From contig CAVSML010000004.1 of the NCBI GenBank assembly GCA_963729125.1, positions 13,287 to 77,286 on the forward strand: DNA of 64,000 bases, written 5' to 3'. The stretch's first letter is position 1; every line of letters starts with the position of its first letter. This stretch comes from an uncultured Actinomycetes bacterium (GTDB taxonomy: Bacteria; Actinomycetota; Thermoleophilia; Solirubrobacterales; Solirubrobacteraceae). The position numbers and the translations under genes were made by a program. Below the pieces are notes generated by a model. The model did not search any database and was not told where the DNA came from. It saw only the letters and a program-made list of their open reading frames with translations. Of this stretch, positions 53,452 through 63,800 are shown piece after piece.

Positions 53452-54599
53452 GCGAGCCCTCCTCCTCGCGTCTGGCGGGCCTGCGCCTGCCGTTCGACCC
53501 GCTGCTGGCGCTGGCCGCGATCGGGCTGATGGCCGTCGCGATCTTCTCGCTCGACGCGGCGGCGGGGCCCGACGAGGCCGGCAACGTCGCCGGCCGCCAG
53601 ACGGCGTTCTTCGCCATCGGGACGGTCCTCGCGATCGTTATCAGCCGGATGGACTACTCGCGCCTGCGCGAGCTGAAGTACGGCGTGTACGGCCTGATGA
53701 TGGCCGGCATCCTGCTCGTCGCGGCGTTCGGCGGCGTCACGCGCGGCTCGCGGCGCGCGCTGCAGCTGCCGTTCTTCGAGATCCAGGCGTCCGAGCTGGG
53801 CAAGGTGCTGCTGATCGTGGCGCTGGCGGCGTTCGCCGTCGATCGCGCGCGCGGCCTCGGCGAGCGCGACACGACCGCGCGCCTCGTGCTCGTCGCGATG
53901 GTGCCCGCGATCCTCGTCATGGCCGCCGACCTCGGCACCGGCCTCGTCTACATCGTGATCCTGCTCGCCGTGCTGTTCGTCGCGGGCGTCAGCTGGCGGC
54001 ACTTCGCCGGCCTGATCGCGCTCGGCGCGGTCTCGATCACGCTCGTGCTGCTGGCCGCGCCGGCGCTCGGCGTCACCGTCCTCACGCGCGAGCAGAGCGA
54101 GCGCCTGACGTCGTTCCTGCATCCCAGCGAGGTCGCCGGCGACGCGGGCTACCAGCAGCACCAGTCCCTGATCGCGATCGGCGCGGGCGGCAAGACCGGC
54201 CGCGGCGTGCGCGCGACGCAGGGCCCACTGGACTTCCTCCCCGAGCAGCGCACCGACTTTCGCTTCGCGGACATCGCGGAACGATGGGGCTTCGCCGGCG
54301 CCGGTCTCGTCCTGTCGCTCTACGCGCTGCTGATCTGGCGCGGTCTTCGAGTTCTTACCGTGGCCAAGAACCTCTACGGCGCGCTGATTGCCGGCGGCAT
54401 CGTGGCCATGTTCCTGTTTCAGGTCTTCATCAACGTCGGCATGAACGTCGGAATCATGCCCATCACCGGCATCCCGCTGCCGCTGCTCTCGTATGGCGGC
54501 AGCTCGGTGATCGCCACCCTCTTGGCCATCGGCCTCCTGCAGTCGATCTACGCGCAAGGGCGCGTTGCGGCTGCCACCAAGGGCCGGGGCCGCTTCTAA
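53448..54599 (+). CDS. rodA: rod shape-determining SEDS glycosyltransferase RodA
   Basis: The ATG at 53448 overlaps the pbp2 stop (ATGA). The FtsW/RodA signature ...EQRTDFRFADIAERWGF...GIMPITGIPLPLLSYGGSS is present. Confidence 0.9.
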   Translation: MSEPSSSRLAGLRLPFDPLLALAAIGLMAVAIFSLDAAAGPDEAGNVAGRQTAFFAIGTVLAIVISRMDYSRLRELKYGVYGLMMAGILLVAAFGGVTRGSRRALQLPFFEIQASELGKVLLIVALAAFAVDRARGLGERDTTARLVLVAMVPAILVMAADLGTGLVYIVILLAVLFVAGVSWRHFAGLIALGAVSITLVLLAAPALGVTVLTREQSERLTSFLHPSEVAGDAGYQQHQSLIAIGAGGKTGRGVRATQGPLDFLPEQRTDFRFADIAERWGFAGAGLVLSLYALLIWRGLRVLTVAKNLYGALIAGGIVAMFLFQVFINVGMNVGIMPITGIPLPLLSYGGSSVIATLLAIGLLQSIYAQGRVAAATKGRGRF

Positions 54600-54619
54600 G
54601 AACAAAGGATCGTCCACTC

Positions 54620-56566
54620 ATGAAGAAGCAACTGCTGGTCAGCGTCGATCGCGGGGAGACCCGCGTCGCGCTGCTGGAGGCGACGGGGACACCCGGCGCC
54701 GTCACGAAGACCGCCGCGTCGGCCCGCGCGGCGAAGAAGGACCCGGCCCCGGGCTACCGCGTCGCCGAGCTGTACTTCGAGCGCCGCGGCAATCGCTCGA
54801 TCGTCGGCAACATCTACAAGGGCAAGGTCGACAACGTGCTCGCCGGCCTGGAGGCCGCGTTCGTCGACATCGGCCTCGACAAGAACGGCTTCCTGCACGT
54901 CGACGAGATCGTCGTGCCGGGCGTCAACGTCGGCCGCCGCGGCCGTGGCAAGGAGGGCGGCTCGAAGATCACCGAGCTGATCAAGCCCGGCCAGGAGATC
55001 ATCGTCCAGGTCGTCAAGGACCCGCTGAAGAGCAAGGGCGCGCGGCTGTCGATGGAGGTCACGATCGCGGGGCGCTACATGGTCTACGCGCCGACCGGCG
55101 AGGGCATCGGCGTCTCGCGCCGCCTCGACGACAAGGAGCGCGAGCGCCTGCGCCGCGAGACCAAGGGCCTGGACCTGCGCGGCGGCGGCGCGATCATCCG
55201 AACGGCCGCCCACGGCGCCGATCGCGAGCACTTCGAGCGCGAGCTGCAGTACCTCTTCAAGCTGCACGAGGTGCTCGACAAGCGCGTCGCCGAGACGCCC
55301 GCGCCGGGCCTGGTCTTCCAGGAGGCCGACCTGTCGGTGCGCGTCGTGCGCGACATCTTCTCCGAGCACTTCGAGCGCGCGATCGTCGACGATCCCCACC
55401 AGCACCAGCGGCTGATCTCGTTCTTCACGCGCACGGCACCCGAGCTCGTCGACCGCGTCGAGCTCTACGACGACAAGCAGCCGCTGTTCGCCGCCTACGG
55501 CGTCGACAAGGTCATCGACGGGCTGATGACGCGCCGCGTCGACCTGCCCTCCGGCGGCTATCTGATCATCGACTACGCCGAGGCGCTGACGGTCATCGAC
55601 GTCAACTCCGGCTCGTTCATCGGGCGCGGCAAGGGAGCGCGCCTGGAGGACACGATCACGACGACGAACCTCGAGGCCGCCGAGGAGGTCGTCAACCAGC
55701 TGCGCCTGCGCGACATCGGCGGGATCATCGTCATCGACTTCATCGACATGGCCCGCGCGCGCAACCGCGACGCCGTCCTCAAGACGCTGCGAAAGACGCT
55801 CGACGAGGACCGCACGAAGACCTTCACGGCCGAGATCTCCAAGCTCGGCCTCGTCGAGATGACGCGCCAGAACGTCACCGAGGGCGTGCGCGAGATCATC
55901 TCGCGGCCGTGCCCGACGTGCAACGGCGACGGCGTCATCAAGTCCGAGGAGACGATCGCGATCGAGTTCGAGCGCCGCCTGCGCGTCGTCGCCAAGAAGG
56001 CGCCCAAGAAGCACGAGGCGTTCCTCGTGCAGATGAACCCGCGCGTCAGCGCGCAGTTCACGGGCAACGGCAAGCGCGTGCTGCACACGCTCGAGGAGAC
56101 GACGGGCCGGCGCTTTCACTTCACCGGCTCCGAGGGCCTGCGCCTGGACCACTTCGACATCGTCATGGAGGGCTCGCGCGAGGAGGTCCAGGAGCGCGCC
56201 GTGCCCTTCCGCGACGGCGACGAGGTGCTCGTGCACATCGTCGAGCCGCACATGTACGACGTCAACGACGCCGTCGCCAAGATCGACGGCTACATCATCT
56301 CCGTCAGCGGCGGCGGGCGCTTCGTCGGCACGAAGAAGCTCGTGCGCATCGAGAACCCGGGGCGCACGTCCGCGACCGGGATCATGCTCGACGCCGACGA
56401 CCCGCTGCAGGAGGCGCCCGAGGCGCCGGAGGACCCTTCGGAGAGCGATGACGTAGAATCCACGCCTCCCCGTCGCCGTGGCCGCAGAGGTGGGCGCCGC
56501 CGGAAGGTCGCGGCCGAGTCGGGCGCGGCGGGCGAATCATCCTCCGCATCACCGTCTGAGAGCTGA
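54620..56566 (+). CDS. rne: ribonuclease E/G family endoribonuclease
   Basis: ATG at 54620. S1 region [23 protein letters not shown]. Catalytic core TVIDVNSG...[11 protein letters not shown]. Zn-link CPTCNGDG. C-terminal beta-rich segment and an acidic/Arg-rich tail. Confidence 0.9.
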   Translation: MKKQLLVSVDRGETRVALLEATGTPGAVTKTAASARAAKKDPAPGYRVAELYFERRGNRSIVGNIYKGKVDNVLAGLEAAFVDIGLDKNGFLHVDEIVVPGVNVGRRGRGKEGGSKITELIKPGQEIIVQVVKDPLKSKGARLSMEVTIAGRYMVYAPTGEGIGVSRRLDDKERERLRRETKGLDLRGGGAIIRTAAHGADREHFERELQYLFKLHEVLDKRVAETPAPGLVFQEADLSVRVVRDIFSEHFERAIVDDPHQHQRLISFFTRTAPELVDRVELYDDKQPLFAAYGVDKVIDGLMTRRVDLPSGGYLIIDYAEALTVIDVNSGSFIGRGKGARLEDTITTTNLEAAEEVVNQLRLRDIGGIIVIDFIDMARARNRDAVLKTLRKTLDEDRTKTFTAEISKLGLVEMTRQNVTEGVREIISRPCPTCNGDGVIKSEETIAIEFERRLRVVAKKAPKKHEAFLVQMNPRVSAQFTGNGKRVLHTLEETTGRRFHFTGSEGLRLDHFDIVMEGSREEVQERAVPFRDGDEVLVHIVEPHMYDVNDAVAKIDGYIISVSGGGRFVGTKKLVRIENPGRTSATGIMLDADDPLQEAPEAPEDPSESDDVESTPPRRRGRRGGRRRKVAAESGAAGESSSASPSES

Positions 56567-56574
56567 GACACACC

Positions 56575-56943
56575 ATGGCCTATGCAATCGTCAAGACCGG
56601 CGGCAAGCAGTACCGCGTCGAGCAGGGGCAGACCCTGCTCGTCGAGCGCCTGCCCGAAGAGGCCGGCGCGACCGTCGCGCTGACACCGCTGCTGTTTCGC
56701 TCCGGCGAGACCGTCTTCGACGCCGACGGGCTCGCCAAGGTCTCCGTGACGGCGAAGATCCTCGCCCACGAGCGCGGCGAGAAGATCCGCGTCTTCAAGT
56801 TCAAGCCCAAGCGCGGCTACAAGCGCACCACCGGCCACCGGCAGGAGCTGACCCGGCTCGAGATCACCGAGGTCTCTGGCGACGGACGGAGCCAGTCCAA
56901 ATCAGAGCGCGGGGCCGGACGCCCCGCGGAGGTGACCTCCTAA
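56575..56943 (+). CDS. rplU: 50S ribosomal protein L21 (with ~20-aa C-terminal extension)
   Basis: [26 protein letters not shown]...[14 protein letters not shown]. Confidence 0.95.
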   Translation: MAYAIVKTGGKQYRVEQGQTLLVERLPEEAGATVALTPLLFRSGETVFDADGLAKVSVTAKILAHERGEKIRVFKFKPKRGYKRTTGHRQELTRLEITEVSGDGRSQSKSERGAGRPAEVTS

Positions 56944-57206
56944 TGGCACACAAGAAGGGGCTCGGCTCCTCACGCAACGGCCGCGACTCGAACGCCCAAC
57001 GCCTGGGCGTCAAGACGTTCGCCGGCGAGACCGTCTCCGGCGGCGAGATCATCGTCCGCCAGCGCGGCACGGTCTTTCGCCCGGGCGAGGGCGTCGGCAT
57101 CGGCAAGGACGACACGCTGTACGTCATCGCGCCGGGAACGCTGGTCTTCGGGACCAAGCGCGGCAAGCGGATCGTCTCCGTCGCCCCGCACGCCGACGCC
57201 GGGTAG
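56943..57206 (+). CDS. rpmA: 50S ribosomal protein L27
   Basis: [43 protein letters not shown]. The start overlaps the rplU stop (TAATG). Confidence 0.95.
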   Translation: MAHKKGLGSSRNGRDSNAQRLGVKTFAGETVSGGEIIVRQRGTVFRPGEGVGIGKDDTLYVIAPGTLVFGTKRGKRIVSVAPHADAG

Positions 57207-58150
57207 GTGACATCGTCCTAACGCGTTTCGCGCGCCTGCCGGACGGCAGGCGACTCGCGTACCTCGCCACCGGGCCGCAGCACGGCCCGCTGGTGATCTA
57301 CCTGCACGGTGCGGTCGGCACCCCGCAGCGCGTGTGCTCGGAGCTGCAGGCGGCGATCGACGACCTCGGGTTGCACTACGTGATGGTCAGCCGCCCGGGC
57401 TTCGGCGAGTCCGATCCGCAGCCGGGGCGCACGCTGCTGAGCTTCGCCGACGACATCGCCGCGCTCGCCGACCACCTCGGCCACGAGCGCTTCGCGGTCG
57501 CCGGCGTGTCGGCCGGCGGCCCCTACGCGCTGGCCTGCGCGCACGCGCTGCCCGAGCGCGTCGCCGCGGCGGCCGTGATCAGCTCGATGTCGCCCGGCTG
57601 CCCGCCGGACCTCGCGGCGGGCATCTCGCCGCTGCTGCGCGTCGGGCTGCGCACGCTGCGCCGGCTGCCGCGCGCCTGCGGCTGGGCCGGCGACGGCCTG
57701 ATGATGATCGCGCGCCGCAACCACGGGCTCGTCGCGCGCACGATGATGCTGTTCGCCTCGCCCGCCGACCGGCGCCTGCTGCGCGATCCCGAGTCGCGCC
57801 AGCTCGCCGTCGCGAGCTTCCTCGCCGCAGCCGGCGGCGGCGTCAGCCGGATGATCGGCGACTACCTGCTGTGCGCGGGGCGCTGGGGCTTCGAGCCGCG
57901 CGACGTGCGCGGGCACGTGCACCTGTGGCACGGCATGCAGGACGCGTTCGTCCCGGTCGGGCAGGCGCTGCAGATGGCGGCGGCGCTGCCGCACGTGCAG
58001 ACCGCGCTGGATCCCGACGAGGCGCACTTCTTCTACCGCCGGCGCCTGCGCGAGATCCTCGCCGAGCTCGTCGCGGCGGTCGAGCTGTCCGAGCCCGCGC
58101 TCGACGACGTCGTTCAGCGGCTGCTCACGCCGCCGCGCGCGGTCGCGTAG
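57207..58150 (+). CDS. alpha/beta hydrolase (true start uncertain; possible 1-nt indel near 57215-57220)
   Basis: ORF 57293..58150 has the nucleophile elbow AGVSAGG. In-frame upstream residues TRFARLPDGRRLAYLATGPQHGPLV belong to the fold but lack a start codon. A GTG at 57207 lies one frame off. Confidence 0.7.
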
Positions 58151-58158
58151 GCGGCCTT

Positions 58159-58839
58159 TCAGCCCTCGAGCTCCTGCGGGCCGATCAGGCCGCTCTGCAG
58201 CGCGCGCTGGGCGAGCGCTGCGCGCTTCTGGTGCTGGGGCAGCTCGCCGAGCGAGAAGGCGTCGAACAGCGCGCGCATGTGCGTCTTGATCGTCTCGACG
58301 CCGAGCACGAGCTCGTCGGCGATCTGGCGGTTGGACGGCGGCACGGCGAACGAGCTGTCGGCGTAGGGGCGACACAGCGCGACGAGCACGCGCCGCTGGG
58401 CGTCGCTGACGACCGGTGCGGCGGTCTCCTGCGAGGTGGCGGTCTGCAGCGACTCGCGTCCGGTCGGGCTGCGAAAGACGATCGTCGTGCGGCCGACGGC
58501 GATGACGTCGCCGTTGCGCAGGCGCCGGCGGCCGTGGACGCGCTCGCCGTCGACGAATGAGCCGTTGTGCGAGCGGCCGTCGTCGACGAAGCTCCACTCG
58601 TCGCCGACGTGCTCGAGCGTGGCGTGCACGCGCGAGACCTCGCCGTCCCACGCCAGCGGGACGTCGCTCTCCGCGCTGCGCCCGATCGTCAGCCGCTCGC
58701 GCAGCGCCCCGAGGATCTGGATCTGCTGGGCCGCGTCGCCGTCGCGGTAGAGCAGGAACGGCACGCCCCGGCGCTCGACCTCCAGGCGCTCCTTGAGCTC
58801 GGCGGGCGTGGCGCGGTGCAGCGCGTGGGGGAGCTCCAT
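58159..58839 (-). CDS. FHA domain protein with C-terminal LuxR-like HTH
   Basis: ATG at 58839: MELPHALHRATPAELKERLE... FHA core LTIGRSAESDVPLAWDGEVSRVHATLEHVGDEWSFVDDGRSHNGSFVDGERV...GDVIAVGRT. C-terminal SNRQIADELVLGVETIKTHMRALF. Confidence 0.8.
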   Translation of the reverse strand: MELPHALHRATPAELKERLEVERRGVPFLLYRDGDAAQQIQILGALRERLTIGRSAESDVPLAWDGEVSRVHATLEHVGDEWSFVDDGRSHNGSFVDGERVHGRRRLRNGDVIAVGRTTIVFRSPTGRESLQTATSQETAAPVVSDAQRRVLVALCRPYADSSFAVPPSNRQIADELVLGVETIKTHMRALFDAFSLGELPQHQKRAALAQRALQSGLIGPQELEG

Positions 58840-58873
58840 GAAGGCCCACTGTAGGCGGGTGGGGCGGTCGCGC

Positions 58874-60400
58874 TCAAGCTGGCGGCGCCGGCGGCCGGAC
58901 TTCGTGCTTGGCGACGAACGCCAGCAGGTCGAGCATCGTGAAGTCGTCCCGCGGCTGCTCGATCCCGGGCTTCCATGTCGGCCACTGGCGCAGGTAGGAA
59001 TGCGGATCGGCTTCGAGCAGTCCGACCAGCACCTCCGCGACGATCCGGCCGCCGACGGGGCCGAGGTGCTCGCCGCCGGTCTCGCCGCCCCACTGCTCGC
59101 CCTCCTTCTCCGCCTCGCGCAGGACGTAGAACCACAGCGGCGTCGCACGCAGCAGCGCGTCGCGCGAGTCCTTGCTGATCACGTCAGGGGTGACGCCCTT
59201 GGGCAGCAGATCATCGGGGGGCAACCGCGCGACGCTCATCGCGTTGGCGACGTCCTGACCGGACGGCAGCCCGAGCGCGCGGCCGCGCTCCAGGTTCAGC
59301 AGCGCGAGCCTGCGCCCGAGCGGCGCCACCGCGTGCGGCAGGTGAAACAGCGCGTCCACCAGGGCCGCGTCGATCTTCTTGCTGGGATTCTGGCCGTCGC
59401 GCTCGTCCGTGAAGAAGAACCGGTCCCAATCGATCTCGAGCTCGAAGGTCAGCCGGCGAAAGCCGGTCAGGTCGGGCTGGCCGCCGCCGGATTCGCCCGG
59501 GAAGATCGTGGCGGCCGTGCCGGCTTTCATCTTGTAGCCCTCGCGCACCATGCTGTGCCCGAAGCGATACACCGCGCCGGAGAACTCCACCGGGATCGAC
59601 GGCTCCCCCTGCCAGCGAAAGATGCGCCGCTTGACCGTCGGAACCTCCTCGCCCCCGCCGTCACGGAGCACCGACTTCGCCATGTCGTCGCCGACCACCT
59701 TCGGCAGGAAGTCGTGGGCGACGATCCACTGGTAGTGCCAGCGCACGATCCGGCGCGCCTCCTCGAACAGCTGGTCGGTCAGCCCGCGCTTGGCGCTGCC
59801 CTGCCACTCGGACTCGCCGGCGAGCCAGCGGACGACCGCGTTGTGAAAGCGGATGAAGAGCAGGTGAAGCTGGCTGACGATCAGGTTCTCGTCGTTGCGC
59901 GCGTCACCGACGAGCGCGCGGCCCGGCACATTTCGCGGCAGGTCCATCGTCGCCAGGCCGGCCTTGCCGGGGCAATCGACGAGCAGGCTCGCCCCGGGGC
60001 GATCGGCGTCGTCCCAGTCATACAGAAAAGGCTGATCGCGCGGACCGGAGCCGTACAGCGAGTCGAGATCGAGGCGCGGCGTTCGAAAGTTCACGAGCGC
60101 GCGCGGATCGTTGTCGCGTTGCAGCTTGGACGTCGGGTCGAACGTGATGTCGTGGTCGATGAACTGACCGAGGTACGTGTAGCCCGCGGGGATGTGGCGG
60201 TTGTCGCCGGACGGCGCGAGCAAGTCGGGCGTGCCGAGGAAGTCGGCGAGCTCCTCGACGGCAAGCGAACCGGGATCGCGGGCGGGCAGGTAGGGGAACA
60301 TCCGCCCGAACCTGCCGCCGCGTGATCCCGGCAGCACGCGCTGTCCGCGCGGCTCGGCGACGCCGTGCCGTGCGGCGTCCGCCCTGCGCGACCGCGTCAC
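58874..60400 (-). CDS. peroxidase-cyclooxygenase superfamily (animal-type) heme peroxidase, no signal peptide
   Basis: Distal site GQFIDHDITFD, LDLDSLYG, GDARNDENLIVSQLHLLFIRFHN, proximal FRFGHSM. I prefer the GTG at 60400 because it overlaps the upstream gene stop (GTGA). The ORF table start is 60430. Confidence 0.85.
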   Translation of the reverse strand: MTRSRRADAARHGVAEPRGQRVLPGSRGGRFGRMFPYLPARDPGSLAVEELADFLGTPDLLAPSGDNRHIPAGYTYLGQFIDHDITFDPTSKLQRDNDPRALVNFRTPRLDLDSLYGSGPRDQPFLYDWDDADRPGASLLVDCPGKAGLATMDLPRNVPGRALVGDARNDENLIVSQLHLLFIRFHNAVVRWLAGESEWQGSAKRGLTDQLFEEARRIVRWHYQWIVAHDFLPKVVGDDMAKSVLRDGGGEEVPTVKRRIFRWQGEPSIPVEFSGAVYRFGHSMVREGYKMKAGTAATIFPGESGGGQPDLTGFRRLTFELEIDWDRFFFTDERDGQNPSKKIDAALVDALFHLPHAVAPLGRRLALLNLERGRALGLPSGQDVANAMSVARLPPDDLLPKGVTPDVISKDSRDALLRATPLWFYVLREAEKEGEQWGGETGGEHLGPVGGRIVAEVLVGLLEADPHSYLRQWPTWKPGIEQPRDDFTMLDLLAFVAKHEVRPPAPPA

Positions 60401-60732
60401 GCGGCCGTGATCTCGGCGTCGCCGCCCCACAGGACGTCGTAGGTCCCGCCGTCGTCTTCGTCGTACACCTTCGCCATGCCCATGACGATGATGTCCCCGG
60501 GCGTGTCGAACGGCGGCGAGACGTCCTCGAACACGACGTTCCAGCTCCCCGGGGTCAGCGGGAGCTCGGCGTGCGCGGACGCGAACGCGTCGCAGTTCGG
60601 TCGCGCGACCAGCACGACCAGCAGCTCCTTGACGTCGATCTCGGCGACGTCGTCGCCCGGAGCGTTGATGCCCTCGACGGACAGGTTGCCGTCGAGCAGC
60701 GTGATGCCCTTGAAGTTTCTGACGAATCCCAT
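60397..60732 (-). CDS. hypothetical 111-aa protein translationally coupled to the heme peroxidase
   Basis: The ATG at 60732 is preceded by GGAGG 6 nt upstream. The ORF could extend to the GTG at 60795. The protein begins MGFVRNFKGITLLDGNLSVEGINAPGDDVAEIDVKELLVVLVARPN... Composition is acidic and non-shadow-like. No family recognised. Confidence 0.6.
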   Translation of the reverse strand: MGFVRNFKGITLLDGNLSVEGINAPGDDVAEIDVKELLVVLVARPNCDAFASAHAELPLTPGSWNVVFEDVSPPFDTPGDIIVMGMAKVYDEDDGGTYDVLWGGDAEITAA

Positions 60733-60846
60733 GTCCTGCCTCCAGGCAAGGTTGTTGGCGAACGCGATGACGACGGCGATGGCCCGTTGCGGCACACTAT
60801 CCGCGGTCCTGACGAGCTTGGGAATACCTCGCAGGGGTGAGCGCTC

Positions 60847-63800
60847 TCACCCCTGGGGCTCGTCGAGCAGCGCTCTCGCGCGCGCCGCGGCGACGGCGTT
60901 GCCCTTCATGTCATAGAGGGCGATCGCCGTGTGCAGCGCACGTTCGGCCTCGGCCGCGCGCGACCCCGACACGAGCACCTCGGAGAGGTCGAGCATCGCG
61001 TCGCCGCGATAGGACAGCATGTCGGTCGGTTCGACGAGCGCGACTCCCTCGCGCGCGAGCGTCTCGGCCTCGGCGCAGCGGCCGCCGGCGGCGAGGATCT
61101 TCGCCTGCACCCCGCGCCACATGACCTGCGTCACGGTGTCGTCGCTCGCTGCGCCGTCGGCGGCCCGCCGGCACAGCTCGCCGGCTTCGTCGAACTCGCC
61201 TTGGGCGTACAGCGCCTGAGCCAGCATCGCGTTCGTCGTCGCCAGCATCCGTCCGTCGCTGAGCTGCGCAAGCTGCTCGGCGCCCGCCCGCAGCAACGCC
61301 TCGGCGAGCCCGGGCTGCCCGGCGAGCAGGCGCACGAACGCCTCGTGGTGTGAGAGGTTCGCCTCGACGTGGCCGAGCTCGTGGCGGACGGCGTTGGCGT
61401 CGCGCAGGAACCGCTCCGCCGACTCGAACTCGCCCTTCATCGCGTACAGCGACGCGAGCGGGTTGACCATCCAGATCACCGCGACCGGGCTGGCGCCGAC
61501 GAGCTGGCGCAGCCCCTCGCAGCGGCGGATCGCGGCGTCGACCGGCGTCGGGCCGAGCATCGCCGCGGTCGCGCGCCAGCCGAGGACGTCGAACAGCTCG
61601 CGCTCGGCGCCGGCCTGGCGGGCGCAGTCCGCGGCGGCCGCCCAGGCATCGTCAGCGACGCCGATGTGGCCCACGGTCCAGGCGAGCTGGGCGCGCAGCG
61701 ACCACACGCGGCACTTGCCGTACTCGTCGCCGTCGCGCTCGAACACCGGCATCGCGGCGTCCGCCACGCGCCGGCCGTCCTCCGCGACGACGCTCGTCGC
61801 CGACTCCAGGCGCACGAACTCGCGCTCGACGAGCGCGCGCGCCTGCATCAGCGCGTCCTCGGCCCGCTCGACCGCCTCGTCGAGCACGCGGGTGGCCTCG
61901 GTCATCCGCCCCGCCTCGTAGAGCGAGGAGCCGAGCGCCGACAGCAGCGCGCCGCGCGGCGCGTCCGCCGGCTCGCTGAGCGCGATCGCTCGTTCGAGCA
62001 GCGCGCTCGCCGCCGCGGGGTCCACCCGCGCCAGCGCGGCGGTCGACGCTGCCCGGAGGTGGCTGACCGCGCGCGCCGCGAGCAGGCGCTCACGCTCGCC
62101 CGAGCGGCCGAGCTCGGCTCGCAGCAGGCAGGCCTGCTCGAAGTGATAGCCGAGGATCTCGTCAGGCGCGCTTCGCTGCGCGAGCCACTCGCCGGTGCCG
62201 ACGTGCAGCTCGGCGCGCAGCGCCTTGGGGACGCCGGCGTAGGCCGCGTCGCGGATCAGGGCGTGCGTGAAGCGATACGCCTCCTCGCCCGCGAACTCGG
62301 CCTGGTCTGACTCGACCAGCTCCTTGCGCGCGAGCTCGGCGAGACCCGTGGCCAGGCCGTCGCGCTCGCGCTGTGGCAGTCCGGCGGCGAGCGCGCCGGC
62401 ATGAAAGGTGCGGCCTTCGACGGAGGCGCGCTGCAGGAGCGCCCGCTCGGCGGCATCGAGGCGATCGATGCGCGCCGACAGCACCGCCTGGATGCTCGTC
62501 GGCAGCTCGCCGTCGCGGTCGCCGGCGTCGACCGCGACGAGCTGCTCGACGAACAGCGGGTTGCCCTCAGCGCGCTGCGCGATGCGGGGGGCGAGGTCCT
62601 TCGCCCCGAGACGCTCAGCGAGCTCGCGCGCCTGCTCGTCGTCGAGCGCCTCGAGGATCAGCACGGCGCGGTCGGGTTGCGTCGCGCCCCATTCCGGGCG
62701 CTCCTGGAGGAGCTCGGGGCGCGTCAGGCAGACGAGGAGGACCGGCGCGTCGCTCGTCAGCGCGACGACGTGGTCGAGCATGTCCAGCAGCGCCGGCTCG
62801 GCCCAGTGCACGTCCTCGACCGCGACGACGAGCGGGCGCTCGCTCGCGAGCCGCGCCACCAGCCTGCGCAGAGCCCAAGCCGTCTCGTCGGCCTGCGCGG
62901 GCTCGCCCGACAGCCCGATCGCCGACAGGATGCCGCGAATCGCCTGGTCGTCGCCGGCCAGCAGCTCTTCGATCCGGCGCCGCGGGTCGTCGCCGCCGAG
63001 CCCGCGGACGATGTCGGCGATCGCGCGGTACGTCGTGCCCTCGCCATAGGCCAGACAGCGGCCGGCGAGCACGGTGGCGCGGTCGCGGATCGCGGCCAGG
63101 AACTCGCCCGCCAGGCGCGACTTGCCGATGCCGGGGGGACCGGCCACGGTCACGAGCCGGCACGCGCGGTCGCGCCGCGCGGCGGCGAACGCCTCGTGCA
63201 GCACGGCGAGCTCGCGCTCGCGGCCGACGAACGCCGTCTGCGGCGTGCGCAGCAACGCCGGCTGATCGGCCTGCAGGGTCAGCAGGCTGCCCGTGTCGTC
63301 GATGCTCGCGTCGGCGGCGACCAGGCGCAGGATGCGCTCGCCGAGCAGGATCTCGCCCTGCGTCGCGCGCTCGGCGAGGCGGCCGGCGTCACTGATCGGC
63401 GAGCCGGTCGCGACCGGCTCGCCGCGCGGCCCGCGAGCCACGAAGACCTCGCCCATCTCGAGTCCCAGCCGCAGCTCGGCGGTCTCGGCGCGCAGCTCGA
63501 CGGCCGCCCGCGCCGCGCGCAGCGCGTCGTCGCCGTGGGACTCGTCGAGGCCGAACATGGCGACGAGCGCGTCGCCGAGGTAGTGCTCGACGCTGCCGCC
63601 GTGGCGCTCGAGGACCTCCGCGCAGCGGTCGAAGACGCCGTGCAGCGCCTCCGGGTCGTCGACGTCCGCGCGTGCGACGAGCACGGACACGAGCCGGCGC
63701 GCGTCCGGGCGGCGCGCGGTCGCCGGGGCCGGCGGTGGCGCGCGCATCTCCGCCAGCGCCGCCACGACGGCGCCGGCCGACGGCGGCCGCTCCTCGGGCC

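Noticed and set aside
60301-60430. A twin-arginine (Tat) signal in the peroxidase N-terminus (TRSRRADAARHG).
   Set aside because: No hydrophobic h-region or AxA cleavage site follows the RR pair. The conserved GRFGRMFP segment of the mature fold starts immediately after it.
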